Assembly (NCBI GenBank): GCA_023701245.1
Contig: JAMPXK010000003.1
Span: 7,566 to 71,565 of the forward strand
From: Elusimicrobiales bacterium
GTDB taxonomy: Bacteria; Elusimicrobiota; Elusimicrobia; Elusimicrobiales; UBA9959
Direction of reading: 5' to 3'
Length of the DNA stretch: 64,000 bases
Every line of letters starts with the position of its first letter. The first letter of the stretch is position 1. Shown piece by piece: positions 37,132-46,276 of the stretch. A program made the translations under genes and the position numbers. The notes below the pieces were generated by a model that searched no databases, was not told where the DNA came from, and worked only from the letters and a program-made list of their open reading frames with translations.

Positions 37132-38664
37132 ATGCAGAAGAATCTTATACTCGCGGTAGTGCTTTCCTCACTGGTCTACATAGGCTGGTACTCCTACATG
37201 GAGAAGAAGGCGCCGCTCCAGAAGCCGCAGACGGCCGCCCAGCAGGCCCAGCCCCAGGCCGGCGCCCCGCAGGCCGCGGCCGCGCCCCAGGCCGAAGCCG
37301 CCGCCCTGCCCGAGAACTGGCAGAAGTCCGCCGTGACCATAAAGGCCGGCAAAGCCGAATACCTCTTCCATACAGAATCCGCCTCGCTCGCCGGCGTGGT
37401 GTACCAGGGCCCCGTGGCCCCGGTGGAACTCATCCCGGACCCCGCGCGCGGTTTTTTCCACGCCTCTTTCCCCGGCAAGTTCCGCCTTACGTCCCGCACG
37501 GACCGCTCCGTGCAGTTCACGGCCCAGCAGGGCCAGGTGCGCTTCACCAAAAAATTCACCTTCGACCCGGACAACGGGATGAACTTCCTGGAGATCTCCG
37601 CGGTCAACACCTCGGGCGCCGCGCAGACGCTGGCCCCGTGGGAGCTGCGCATCGGGCCGGGCCTCAGCACGGTCAAGAGCGAGCTCAAGGAAAACCCCGA
37701 CCTGCTCAAAGCCGAGTACACCTTCATGGAAGAAGGCCGCAAGCACCCCACCCTCAAGGAGCTCAAGGACGAGCCCGCGGCGCACAGCTGGATCTGGGCT
37801 GGCCTGAACAACCGCTATTTCCTGACCGCCCTGACGGCCGGCGCCGATCTCAAGGATACCCGCCCCCTGCGCCGCCTGGAGAAGGTAGGCGAGGAGGAAA
37901 AGACCCCGGTGCTGGTGATCCCGGTCCCCGGCGCGGAGCTTAAGCCGGGGGAAACCCGCCGCTGGGACTCCACGTTCTACCTCGGCCCCAAGGATTACCT
38001 CAAGCTCAAGCAGCTGGGCATGGGCCTGGACCGCTCGGTTGACTTCGGCTTCTTCGCCCCGCTGGCCAAGCTGGCCAACTCCTCGGTGGTCTACTTCCGC
38101 AAGGTCACCGGCAACTACGGCGTGGCCATCATCATCCTGAGCGTCATCATCCAGATCATCCTGACCCCGCTGAGCTTCAAGAGCTACAAGGCCATGGCGG
38201 TGATGAAGAAGATCCAGCCGGAGATGCAGAGCATCCAGAAGCGCTACAAGGACGATCCCAAGCGCATGAACCAGGAGGTCATGGACCTCTACAAGCGCCA
38301 CGGCACCAACCCGCTGGGCGGCTGCCTGCCCATGCTGCTGCAGATCCCGGTCTTCTTCGCGCTGTTCACGGCGCTGCGCAACTCCTGGGACCTGCACGGC
38401 GCGCCCTTCTTCCTGTGGATCAAGGACCTCTCGGCCAAAGACCCTTTCTACGTGCTGCCCCTGATAATGGGCGGTATCATGTTCCTGCAGCAGCACCTGA
38501 GCCCCCAGACCTCTGACCCGGCCCAGGCTGCGATGATGAAATGGATGCCGGTGATCTTCACGTTCATGTTCCTGACCTTCCCGTCGGGACTCGTGCTTTA
38601 CTGGCTCATCAACAGCACGTGGGGCTTCGCCCAGAGCATGTACCTGCAGAAGAAAATGGGCTGA
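37132..38664 (+). CDS. yidC: membrane protein insertase YidC
   Basis: 510 aa; N-terminal TM, periplasmic domain, C-terminal 60-kDa IMP core (NPLGGCLPMLLQIPVFFALF). Confidence 0.95.
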   Translation: MQKNLILAVVLSSLVYIGWYSYMEKKAPLQKPQTAAQQAQPQAGAPQAAAAPQAEAAALPENWQKSAVTIKAGKAEYLFHTESASLAGVVYQGPVAPVELIPDPARGFFHASFPGKFRLTSRTDRSVQFTAQQGQVRFTKKFTFDPDNGMNFLEISAVNTSGAAQTLAPWELRIGPGLSTVKSELKENPDLLKAEYTFMEEGRKHPTLKELKDEPAAHSWIWAGLNNRYFLTALTAGADLKDTRPLRRLEKVGEEEKTPVLVIPVPGAELKPGETRRWDSTFYLGPKDYLKLKQLGMGLDRSVDFGFFAPLAKLANSSVVYFRKVTGNYGVAIIILSVIIQIILTPLSFKSYKAMAVMKKIQPEMQSIQKRYKDDPKRMNQEVMDLYKRHGTNPLGGCLPMLLQIPVFFALFTALRNSWDLHGAPFFLWIKDLSAKDPFYVLPLIMGGIMFLQQHLSPQTSDPAQAAMMKWMPVIFTFMFLTFPSGLVLYWLINSTWGFAQSMYLQKKMG

Positions 38665-38691
38665 CGATCGTTCAGTTAAGGAGACAAGATA

Positions 38692-39738
38692 ATGAGAGAA
38701 ACGAAGACAGAAGCAAAAACCATACAGGACGCCGTTGAAAAAGGCCTGGCCGAACTGGGCCTCCGGCGCGACCAGGTTGAAGTTGTCGTAGTTACCGAAG
38801 GCACCCGCGGCTTCCTCGGCATCGGCGCGAAGAAAGCCTGCGTGATCCTGCGCGAAAAGCGCTGGGGCTCCGGCTCCGGCCGCGAAGAGCACCGCGGAGA
38901 GCGCGGCGGCGGCAGGCGCGAAGGCCGCGGCGGCAGAAGCCGCGGCGGAGAGCGCGGCGGCAGCAGAGGCGGCCGCGGCGGGGACCGCGGAGAGCGCAGC
39001 AGCGCCCCCAGGCGCCCCGGCCGTTACGGCTACGAAGACGCGCGCCTTCCTCCCCCGGAAGAGCACCGCGAAGAACACCGCGACGACCACCGCGAAGAGC
39101 GCCACGGGCGCGACGACCACCGCGGCCACCGGTCGGACCGCATCTACAAAGAAGAACCCCTCGCCGCGGACTACCTGGCCATACAGCCGGCCCAGGACCC
39201 CGTGGAGCACGCCAAAGCCGTGCTGGCCAAGCTGGTTTCGCTGATGGGCATGGAAGCCACCGTGACCGAAGCGAAGCTCGACACCGCCGAGAACCTGCTG
39301 TTCATCCGCTTTGACTGCGCCGATCCGGCCGTCTTCACGGAAGAGAACGGCCGCGGCCTGCAGGCCCTGCAGTTCGTGCTGAACTCCATAGTCAGCCGCA
39401 AGCGCGAGCCGCACCTGGCCCTGCGCCTGGACACCGGCGGTTACTGGGACAGCAAGGAGAAAGAGATCTCCCGCCGCGTGGAAGAGGCGGTTAACGACGT
39501 GAAAGCCACCAGCCAGCCGCACCGGCTGGACCCGATGCCGGCTTCCATGCGCAAGATAGTGCACAACCTCATAAAGGCCAACTATCCCGGCATGGAGACC
39601 GTTTCCGAAGGCGAAGGCCGCTGGCGCAAGGTCGTGATCCGCAAGGTGGACGGCCCCCAGGCAGCCGAACAGGCCCCTGAGCAGCCCGCCGCCCAGCCGC
39701 AGGAGCAGCCGGCCGAGCAGACGACCGAGCAGAAGTAA
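38692..39738 (+). CDS. jag: Jag/KhpB RNA-binding protein (Jag_N-KH-R3H) with ~100-aa RGG/His-Arg-Glu-rich insert
   Basis: 348 aa; Jag_N-like N-terminus, C-terminal KH/R3H (LDPMPASMRKIVHNLI); conserved position after yidC. Confidence 0.85.
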   Translation: MRETKTEAKTIQDAVEKGLAELGLRRDQVEVVVVTEGTRGFLGIGAKKACVILREKRWGSGSGREEHRGERGGGRREGRGGRSRGGERGGSRGGRGGDRGERSSAPRRPGRYGYEDARLPPPEEHREEHRDDHREERHGRDDHRGHRSDRIYKEEPLAADYLAIQPAQDPVEHAKAVLAKLVSLMGMEATVTEAKLDTAENLLFIRFDCADPAVFTEENGRGLQALQFVLNSIVSRKREPHLALRLDTGGYWDSKEKEISRRVEEAVNDVKATSQPHRLDPMPASMRKIVHNLIKANYPGMETVSEGEGRWRKVVIRKVDGPQAAEQAPEQPAAQPQEQPAEQTTEQK

Positions 39739-39756
39739 CAGCTGCCAGGCCGTACC

Positions 39757-39794
39757 GGCGTGACTGCGCATGCGCGGTCACGCCGTTTTTATTT
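39757..39794 (+). terminator. intrinsic terminator after jag, immediately upstream of mnmE
   Basis: GGCGTGACTGCGCATGCGCGGTCACGCC hairpin followed by GTTTTTATTT; mnmE ATG at 39803. Confidence 0.8.
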
Positions 39795-39802
39795 AAAAGT
39801 CC

Positions 39803-41173
39803 ATGAAACTGCCGCAAACAGACGACACCATAGTGGCCCAGGCTACGCCCCCCGGGGCGGGAGCGCTGGCCCTGGTGCGCCTCTGCGGGCCGCGCGCCTT
39901 CGCCGCGGCGGCCTCTTTCCTGCACCCGGCGCCAAAGCAGCCAAAGCACCGCGAGGCCCGGCTGCTGGCCGTCAGGGACAAAGGCCGGCTGGTGGACAGG
40001 GCGGTAGCGGTCTTCTTCCGCGGGCCGGCCAGCTACACGGGGCAGGATACGGTGGAAATCTCCTGCCACGGCTCTCCTTATATTATAAGGACCCTGCTGA
40101 ACCTGGCCGTCAGGGCGGACGCGCGCCCGGCCGGGCCGGGGGAATTCACCCTGCGCGCCTTCCTGGGAGGAAAACTGGACCTGCCGCAGGCGGAAGCGGT
40201 AGCGGAACTTATCGGGGCCGCTTCGGCCGGGGCGCACCGGGCCGCCATTACCCAGGTAGAAGGCGCCGTTTCGGCCGAGGTACGCGGCATAAAAACCCGC
40301 CTGGTGGCCCTCCTGGCCGAACTGGAAGCGCGCCTGGACGATTCTTACGAGGAGCTCCCCGCGCTGCGCCTGCGGGACTTCGCCAGGCGCGCCGCGGCCG
40401 CCAGGAGGGAGGCTGCGCGCCTTGCCGGGAGTTTCGAAGCCGGCCGCGGCATAAAGGACGGCGTCAGGGTGGTTATCGCGGGGGCGCCCAACTCCGGCAA
40501 ATCCTCGCTGCTCAACGCCCTGCTGGGCTTCGACCGGGCCCTGGTCTCGCCCAGCTCCGGCACCACCCGCGACACCCTGGAAGCGGGCCTGGATATAGAC
40601 GGCTTTTCCGTGGTCTTCACCGACACCGCCGGGATGAACGCCCGCCCCGGCTCGCCCCTGGAGCGCGCCGGCATGGCCCGCGCGGCCAGGGCCATAGCCG
40701 CCGCGGACACGGTGATACTGGTAAAGGACGGTTCCATACCGCCTACGCCCAGCGACCTGAAGGCCGAACAGGAAGCCGCGGCCCTGCCCGCCGGCGCCCG
40801 GCTGATACGCGTACTGAGCAAAGCCGACCTGCCCCTGAAGCCGGGGCGCCTGAAGCCCGGGACGCTCAAGGTGTCGGCCAAAACCGGCAGCGGCCTGCCG
40901 CGCCTGAGGGCTCTGCTGATAGCCGGGCAGAAAAAAGTCTTCAGCGACGGAGCGCAGGCCGTAGTGACCTCAGCGCGCCACTTTTCCGCCCTCCAGGCCG
41001 CGCAACAGGAACTGCTCGCCCTGGAAAAACTCCTGCGGGGCGAGCACCTGCAGGCCGAACTGGCTGCGGAGCGCCTGCGCGGGGCGCTGGACGCCCTGGC
41101 CGGCATACTTGGAGAGACCACCCCCGAAGAGGTACTGGCGGGGATATTCGGCAGTTTCTGCGTGGGGAAATAA
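39803..41173 (+). CDS. mnmE: tRNA modification GTPase MnmE
   Basis: 456 aa; DTIVAQATPPG, GAPNSGKSSLLNAL, C-terminal FCVGK. Confidence 0.95.
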   Translation: MKLPQTDDTIVAQATPPGAGALALVRLCGPRAFAAAASFLHPAPKQPKHREARLLAVRDKGRLVDRAVAVFFRGPASYTGQDTVEISCHGSPYIIRTLLNLAVRADARPAGPGEFTLRAFLGGKLDLPQAEAVAELIGAASAGAHRAAITQVEGAVSAEVRGIKTRLVALLAELEARLDDSYEELPALRLRDFARRAAAARREAARLAGSFEAGRGIKDGVRVVIAGAPNSGKSSLLNALLGFDRALVSPSSGTTRDTLEAGLDIDGFSVVFTDTAGMNARPGSPLERAGMARAARAIAAADTVILVKDGSIPPTPSDLKAEQEAAALPAGARLIRVLSKADLPLKPGRLKPGTLKVSAKTGSGLPRLRALLIAGQKKVFSDGAQAVVTSARHFSALQAAQQELLALEKLLRGEHLQAELAAERLRGALDALAGILGETTPEEVLAGIFGSFCVGK

Positions 41174-41931
41174 TGAAAGACTTTTTTCCGCTGAAGGTCC
41201 TTATCCGCCCGGGGGAGGTTTTCTCCGGCATCGCGGCCGGCCGCACCGGCTGGGCCTGGCCGCTCGGCCTCTTCGCGCTGTCCGTACTTTCTTCCGCGGC
41301 CATGCTGGCCTGGGCGCCGCGCGTTTTTTTAGCCGCCACCGCGGCCGGCCTGCCGCCGACCGAAGGGACCTTTATTTCCTACCTGCTCTCCGGGCTGGCC
41401 GGCGGAGCGCTTTTTTCGGCGTTTTCCTGCGCCCTGCTGGCCGGCTTCTGCTCGCTGCTGGCGGGCGGCCGCCTGATGCTGCGCGTTCCGCTGCCCTTCG
41501 CGGCAGCTGCCCTGTACGGTTTTTTCTTCCTGGCCCTGCGCGGCGCACCCGGGCTGCGGCCCGTCGGCTGGGCGGCGCTGTTCGCGGCCGCGGCCCTGGC
41601 CATTTTCTCCGCCTGGCGGCTGCGAGCCGCCTACCCGGCCCTGCTTAAGGCCTTTTTCGCCCTGTCGGTATTCTCCGCCGCGGCGGACCTGTTGGCGGCC
41701 GCCGCCATACCGGTCGGCGCGGCCGAACTTTATACCACGGCTGAATACGCCCTGTCCGCTCTGGCCCTGGTCTGGCTGGTGCGCGCCTGCGCCGCCGTAA
41801 CCGGGCTTTCCGGCGCGCGCGCGGCGGCCGCCGTGGTCCCGGCCCTGCTGGGGGCCGCGGCTTTCGCTTTTTCCCTGCTGACGCTGGGGCTCATAAGCCC
41901 GGAGGTCTTCCACCTGCTGCTGATGATGTAA
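41173..41931 (+). CDS. polytopic membrane protein (Yip1-domain-like)
   Basis: 252 aa, in frame with the 3' part of the artefactual ORF 39760..41931. TAATG overlap with the mnmE stop. N-terminus FPLKVLIRPGEVFSGI followed by 5-6 hydrophobic segments. Confidence 0.65.
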   Translation: MKDFFPLKVLIRPGEVFSGIAAGRTGWAWPLGLFALSVLSSAAMLAWAPRVFLAATAAGLPPTEGTFISYLLSGLAGGALFSAFSCALLAGFCSLLAGGRLMLRVPLPFAAAALYGFFFLALRGAPGLRPVGWAALFAAAALAIFSAWRLRAAYPALLKAFFALSVFSAAADLLAAAAIPVGAAELYTTAEYALSALALVWLVRACAAVTGLSGARAAAAVVPALLGAAAFAFSLLTLGLISPEVFHLLLMM

Positions 41932-41932
41932 C

Positions 41933-43693
41933 ATGAGCGTATTCAACTATCCCGATACTTTCGACGTCCTGATCGTAGGCGGCGGGCACGCCGGCTGCGA
42001 GGCCGCGCTGGCCGCGGCCAGGCTGGGCGCGCGCACGCTGCTGCTTACCCAGGACCTGGACACCATCGCGCAGATGTCCTGCAATCCCTCGATAGGCGGG
42101 GTAGGCAAAGGCCAGCTCGTCAGGGAGATAGACGCGCTGGGAGGGGAAATGGGCAAGGCCGCGGACGCCTCCATGCTGAGCTCCCACATGCTCAACACCT
42201 CCAAGGGCGCCGCGGTGCGCTCCCCGCGGGCGCAGTGCGACAAAAAAATGTACCAGGCCGCCATGAAGCTGGCGCTGGAACGGCAGGAGAACCTGCGCCT
42301 GGTGCAGGACGAAGCGGCGGCCATCCTCACGAAGGGCGGCAGGGCCTGCGGCGTCCTCACGGCGCGCAACACCCGCTACGCCGCCGGAACCGTGGTGCTG
42401 ACGGCGGGCACTTTCCTGCGCGGGCTCATCCATATAGGCCTGGACACTTTCCGCGGCGGCAGGTACAACCACCCGCCCAGCGACCTGCTGTCGAAGGACC
42501 TCAAGGCCCTGGGGTTCAAGCTGGGCCGCCTGAAGACCGGCACGCCCATGCGCCTGCACGCGCGCGGCATAGATTTTTCGCACTGCGAGCGCCAGGCGCC
42601 GGACGCCCCGCCGGCGCCCTTCTCGCATTTTACGGCGAAGGTCGCCAACCCGCAGCTGCCCTGCTGGATCACCCGCACCACCGAGCGCACCGCCGCCGTG
42701 ATCAGGGCCGGCCTGCACCGTTCCCCGCTCTACAGCGGCAAGATCAGTTCGACCGGGCCCCGCTACTGCCCGTCCATAGAGGACAAGGTGGTAAAGTTCC
42801 CGCACCATGGCGCTCACCACCTCTTCCTGGAGCCCGAAGGTTTCGGCACGGAGGAATACTACGTCAACGGCCTCTCCACCAGCCTCCCGGAGCAGACGCA
42901 GGAAGAACTGGTGCGCTCCGTGCCCGGCCTGGAAAAGGCCGAGATCATGCGCGCCGGCTACGCTATCGAGTACGACTACGCCGACCCCTCGCAGCTGGAT
43001 TATACCCTGGAGACCCGCGTGCTGCCCGGCCTTTTCATGGCGGGGCAGGTGAACGGGACCACCGGCTACGAGGAAGCGGCCGCCCAGGGCCTGGTCGCCG
43101 GCGTGAACGCCGCGCGCAAAACGCTCGGGCGCGAGCCGCTGGTCCTGCGCCGCGACGAAGCCTACATCGGGGTGATGATAGACGACCTGGTCTCCAAGGG
43201 CATCGACGAGCCATACAGGATGTTCACCTCACGCGCCGAATACCGCCTGCTGCTGCGCCAGGACAACGCGGACCTGCGCCTGGCGCCCCGCGCCTTCGCA
43301 CTGGGCCTGCTGCCCGCCGCGTTCAAAAAGAACTTCGAGGGCTACCGCGCGGCCGTGGAGGCGCTGCTCGCCGGCAAGAAGCCCAAAGCCCTCCCCAAAG
43401 GCCCGTGGAAAATGCCGAAGGCCCGCTTTACCGCCGCCACGGAAAAGACCTACGCCATGTACATAGAGCGCAACCGGCGGCAGGCGGAGCGCCTCAAAAA
43501 ATTCGAACACCTGGGCATCCCGCCGGATTTCGATTACCTGGCCGCCGCGGCCCTGCCCAACGAGGCCCGCCACAAACTGGCCAGGCACCGCCCGCTTACC
43601 CTTGCCCAGGCGGGCCGCATCCCCGGCGTAACGCCGGCGGACGTCCAACTGCTGTGGGTACTGCTGGAAAAGCGCGCGGGGAGAAAACCATGA
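41933..43693 (+). CDS. mnmG: tRNA uridine 5-carboxymethylaminomethyl modification enzyme MnmG
   Basis: 586 aa; DVLIVGGGHAGCEAALAAARLG FAD-binding N-terminus. Confidence 0.96.
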   Translation: MSVFNYPDTFDVLIVGGGHAGCEAALAAARLGARTLLLTQDLDTIAQMSCNPSIGGVGKGQLVREIDALGGEMGKAADASMLSSHMLNTSKGAAVRSPRAQCDKKMYQAAMKLALERQENLRLVQDEAAAILTKGGRACGVLTARNTRYAAGTVVLTAGTFLRGLIHIGLDTFRGGRYNHPPSDLLSKDLKALGFKLGRLKTGTPMRLHARGIDFSHCERQAPDAPPAPFSHFTAKVANPQLPCWITRTTERTAAVIRAGLHRSPLYSGKISSTGPRYCPSIEDKVVKFPHHGAHHLFLEPEGFGTEEYYVNGLSTSLPEQTQEELVRSVPGLEKAEIMRAGYAIEYDYADPSQLDYTLETRVLPGLFMAGQVNGTTGYEEAAAQGLVAGVNAARKTLGREPLVLRRDEAYIGVMIDDLVSKGIDEPYRMFTSRAEYRLLLRQDNADLRLAPRAFALGLLPAAFKKNFEGYRAAVEALLAGKKPKALPKGPWKMPKARFTAATEKTYAMYIERNRRQAERLKKFEHLGIPPDFDYLAAAALPNEARHKLARHRPLTLAQAGRIPGVTPADVQLLWVLLEKRAGRKP

Positions 43694-44346
43694 ACGACGC
43701 CGTCATCAAGACCCTTGAGGCCTGGGAACTGCGGCTTACCCCGGAAAGCCTGCGCAAGGCGGAAATTTTCGTCTCGGTCCTGAAAGAAAAGAACGCCGTG
43801 CAGAACCTGGTGTCCAGGAACGACGAGCCCCAGCTCTGGGAGCGCCACATGCTGGACTCGCTGGCCGCGGCGCCGCTGCTGCGCCGCCTGCTGCCGCCCG
43901 GCGCGAAGATAGCCGACGCCGGCTCCGGCGCCGGCTTCCCCGGCCTGCCGCTGGCCGCGGCGCTGGAGGACTTCTATTTCCAGCTGCTGGATTCCCGCGT
44001 CCGGCGCTGCGAATTCCTGAAGGAGGCCGCTGCCGCGATGGGGGCTGGCAACGTCCAGGTCTTCAACCGGCGGGTAGGAGAGGGAGGCCCCGGATCGGAG
44101 CAGCGCTACGCCGCGGTGACCGAAAGGGCGATGGGACACCTTGAAAACATACTGCCTCAATGCTTAAATATACTGACTAAAGGCGGGGTGTTCCTGGCCT
44201 GGCAGAGCGCCGCCCAGCTGGCGGCCGACCGGCCCGCCGTGACCGCGGCCATCAAGAAGGCCCGGGCGGAACTGACGCAGACGCTGAACTACCGCCTGCC
44301 CGGCGAAACCGAGGACCGCCACATACTGGTCTTCCGGAAAGTCTGA
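43690..44346 (+). CDS. rsmG: 16S rRNA (guanine527-N7)-methyltransferase
   Basis: 218 aa from ATG at 43690 (ATGA overlap with mnmG); NLVSRNDEPQLWERHMLDS and DAGSGAGFPGLPLA SAM motif. Confidence 0.9.
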   Translation: MNDAVIKTLEAWELRLTPESLRKAEIFVSVLKEKNAVQNLVSRNDEPQLWERHMLDSLAAAPLLRRLLPPGAKIADAGSGAGFPGLPLAAALEDFYFQLLDSRVRRCEFLKEAAAAMGAGNVQVFNRRVGEGGPGSEQRYAAVTERAMGHLENILPQCLNILTKGGVFLAWQSAAQLAADRPAVTAAIKKARAELTQTLNYRLPGETEDRHILVFRKV

Positions 44347-44389
44347 AGCGCGTAACGGGGGGTGCCCCGTACGCCCGAAAGAGAGAACT

Positions 44390-44908
44390 ATGCACATACT
44401 TAACTATTACTTCACGCCGTTCGCCGTCGTCCTCATCCTGTTCGCCATCTACTTCTCCGAGCCCGAGCGCCAGGTAACCTACGCCTCCTTCGCCATACTC
44501 GGCGCCGCCTTCATAGCCAACTACTGGCTGGGCAAGAACACCTACCGCTTCCTGCGCTGGAGCCGCCACATCCGCTCGCTCACCGTCTGGATAAACATGG
44601 CCGTGAGCGCCGCCCTCTTCTACCTGCTGTCGCCCTACTGGGCCCCCATGTGGCTGCTCTTCCTGGCCGCCCCGGCCGCCAGCGCCATGTTCATGAAGAA
44701 GTGGCAGGTATTCCTGATGGCCCTGGCCTCGGCGGCGCTCATGATCGGCCTCTATTACGCCCGCACCCTCGCCTACGGCGAGGGCGGCGGCATGGGCGCG
44801 CAGCTCTGGGGTATGGCCGCCACCCAGGCGGTGTTCATCATGTTCTTCTCCATGTTCACGGCGGCGATGGCCGAGATGATAGTAAAAGTACGGGACTCGA
44901 TGCGGTAG
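44390..44908 (+). CDS. hypothetical integral membrane protein
   Basis: 172 aa, about 5 hydrophobic segments; GC3-rich codon usage; no recognisable family. Confidence 0.6.
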   Translation: MHILNYYFTPFAVVLILFAIYFSEPERQVTYASFAILGAAFIANYWLGKNTYRFLRWSRHIRSLTVWINMAVSAALFYLLSPYWAPMWLLFLAAPAASAMFMKKWQVFLMALASAALMIGLYYARTLAYGEGGGMGAQLWGMAATQAVFIMFFSMFTAAMAEMIVKVRDSMR

Positions 44909-44936
44909 GCGGCCGCCGGCGCGCAGCCGGCCAACG

Positions 44937-46046
44937 ATGGACATACTTTCCAAACTGCGGGTACTGTTCTGGGGCCTAGTCATAGGGCTCTGGGGCCTTT
45001 TCATGTACCAGTACATGGACAATGACATCTCCTCGCTCAGGCGTTTCAAAATAAGCAAGAACCCGTTCTCCGCGCCGCCTTCGCCCGCGGCCGTGCTCAA
45101 GCGCAACCTCCCCAGCCCGCAGCTGCCTTACCAGCCCGCGCACCAGACGCACTCCGGCGCCCAGCAGCCGCCCCAGAGCACCATGAACCTGGTCCGGCCC
45201 GGCGCCGACATCAAAGAAGTCGCCTCCTCGGGAATGATGCCGGAACATTCCGCCGAGGAAAAGACCGCTATCCCTTACTCCCCGCGGGGCGGGGAAGAGA
45301 CCTACCCGCCGGCGCCGGCCGGTTTCGCCATGAAGGAAACCCGCCATTTCGTGCTCTACGAAGAAGGCGCCGAAGTCTCGGCCGAACTGGAAGAGACGGT
45401 GGAAGCGCTGCACGGCAACATCATGCTGGACCTGGTGGCTTTCTCGCCGTGGTCGCGGGAAAAGAAAGTCTACATCTTCTTCTCGCAGGAGCAGGAGACC
45501 TACCGCCGCCTCACCGGCAGGCCCGCCTGGTCCGGCGGCGCCGCGTCCCTCAGCGAGCGCAAGATCTACCTCTACAAGAGCGACGAGGCGTTCGGCATAC
45601 TGGCCCACGAACTCACCCACATTTACTTCGACAGTTTCTTCCCGGCCGGGAGCCCCAGCCCGCTGTGGCTCAGCGAAGGCGTAGCCACCTACATACAGTC
45701 CGAGCGCGGCTTCGCCACCCCAGCCTGGCTGTCCCAGAACCTGGCCCTGCTGCAGGGCGGCAGCGGTTTCAAGCTCAACGACCTGGTTCGCATAGAGAAC
45801 CTGCAGGGCGCGGACGAGGACAATGTCCGGCTCTGGTACGCCCAGTCCTACAGCCTGGTGCGCTTCCTGATGCGCCTCAAGGCCGGCGACGCTTTCTACA
45901 TGTTCTGCAAAAACCTGCGCGACGGCAAGCCCGCCGCCCAGAGCCTCTACCAGGCCTACGGCATGCCCTACAACAAGCTCTCTTCCCTCGAGTATGCCTG
46001 GCGCTACGACCTCAAAACCGGCAAGATTTCCGGCGTAAACCGCTGA
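44937..46046 (+). CDS. membrane-anchored putative zinc metallopeptidase (HExxH; peptidase-MA/DUF1570-like)
   Basis: 369 aa; N-terminal TM helix, P/Q-rich linker, ILAHELTHIYF followed by LWLSEGVATY. Confidence 0.65.
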   Translation: MDILSKLRVLFWGLVIGLWGLFMYQYMDNDISSLRRFKISKNPFSAPPSPAAVLKRNLPSPQLPYQPAHQTHSGAQQPPQSTMNLVRPGADIKEVASSGMMPEHSAEEKTAIPYSPRGGEETYPPAPAGFAMKETRHFVLYEEGAEVSAELEETVEALHGNIMLDLVAFSPWSREKKVYIFFSQEQETYRRLTGRPAWSGGAASLSERKIYLYKSDEAFGILAHELTHIYFDSFFPAGSPSPLWLSEGVATYIQSERGFATPAWLSQNLALLQGGSGFKLNDLVRIENLQGADEDNVRLWYAQSYSLVRFLMRLKAGDAFYMFCKNLRDGKPAAQSLYQAYGMPYNKLSSLEYAWRYDLKTGKISGVNR

Positions 46047-46173
46047 TATTCCCGCCTTATACGTTCCTATACTATATATAGAGTTGACGAAAATCAACCC
46101 TATTTTGGACCTATACTATACTGCCTTTGCGGATAAAAAATCCATTTAAAACAAGCTCTTTTTACCCTGGGTA

Positions 46174-46202
46174 TTGACAAGGGGGGGGTGTTCCTGTATA
46201 CT
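46174..46202 (+). promoter_or_regulatory. dcw/mraZ promoter (TTGACA-17-TATACT) with upstream A/T-rich UP-like tract
   Basis: TTGACA at 46174-46179, TATACT at 46197-46202; A/T tracts at 46131-46165. Confidence 0.7.
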
Positions 46203-46210
46203 TTCATTCC

Positions 46211-46250
46211 AAAGTGGTGGAAAGTGGTGGACAATGTTTTAATGTGGCCA
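46211..46250 (+). promoter_or_regulatory. MraZ operator-like 10-bp phased direct repeats
   Basis: AAAGTGGTGG at 46211-46220 and 46221-46230 and AATGTGGCCA at 46241-46250; between the -10 and the mraZ ATG. Confidence 0.7.
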
Positions 46251-46276
46251 ATAATGTTGTAAACTAGTTGAAAGTT

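Noticed and set aside
37168-39771. 867-aa minus-strand ORF
   Set aside because: Antisense to yidC and jag; Arg/Gly/Ala-rich nonsense product; GC artefact.
39760-41931. 723-aa plus-strand ORF spanning mnmE and the next gene
   Set aside because: It is out of frame with mnmE over its first ~1.4 kb (Arg/Pro/Gly-rich). Only the last 252 codons, from ATG at 41173, form a credible membrane protein. The same pattern applies to 56427..59195 (real murG only from 58080), 42235..44346 (real rsmG from 43690), 24473..25774 (real uppS from 25177) and 16195..17352 (real FAD subunit from 17088).
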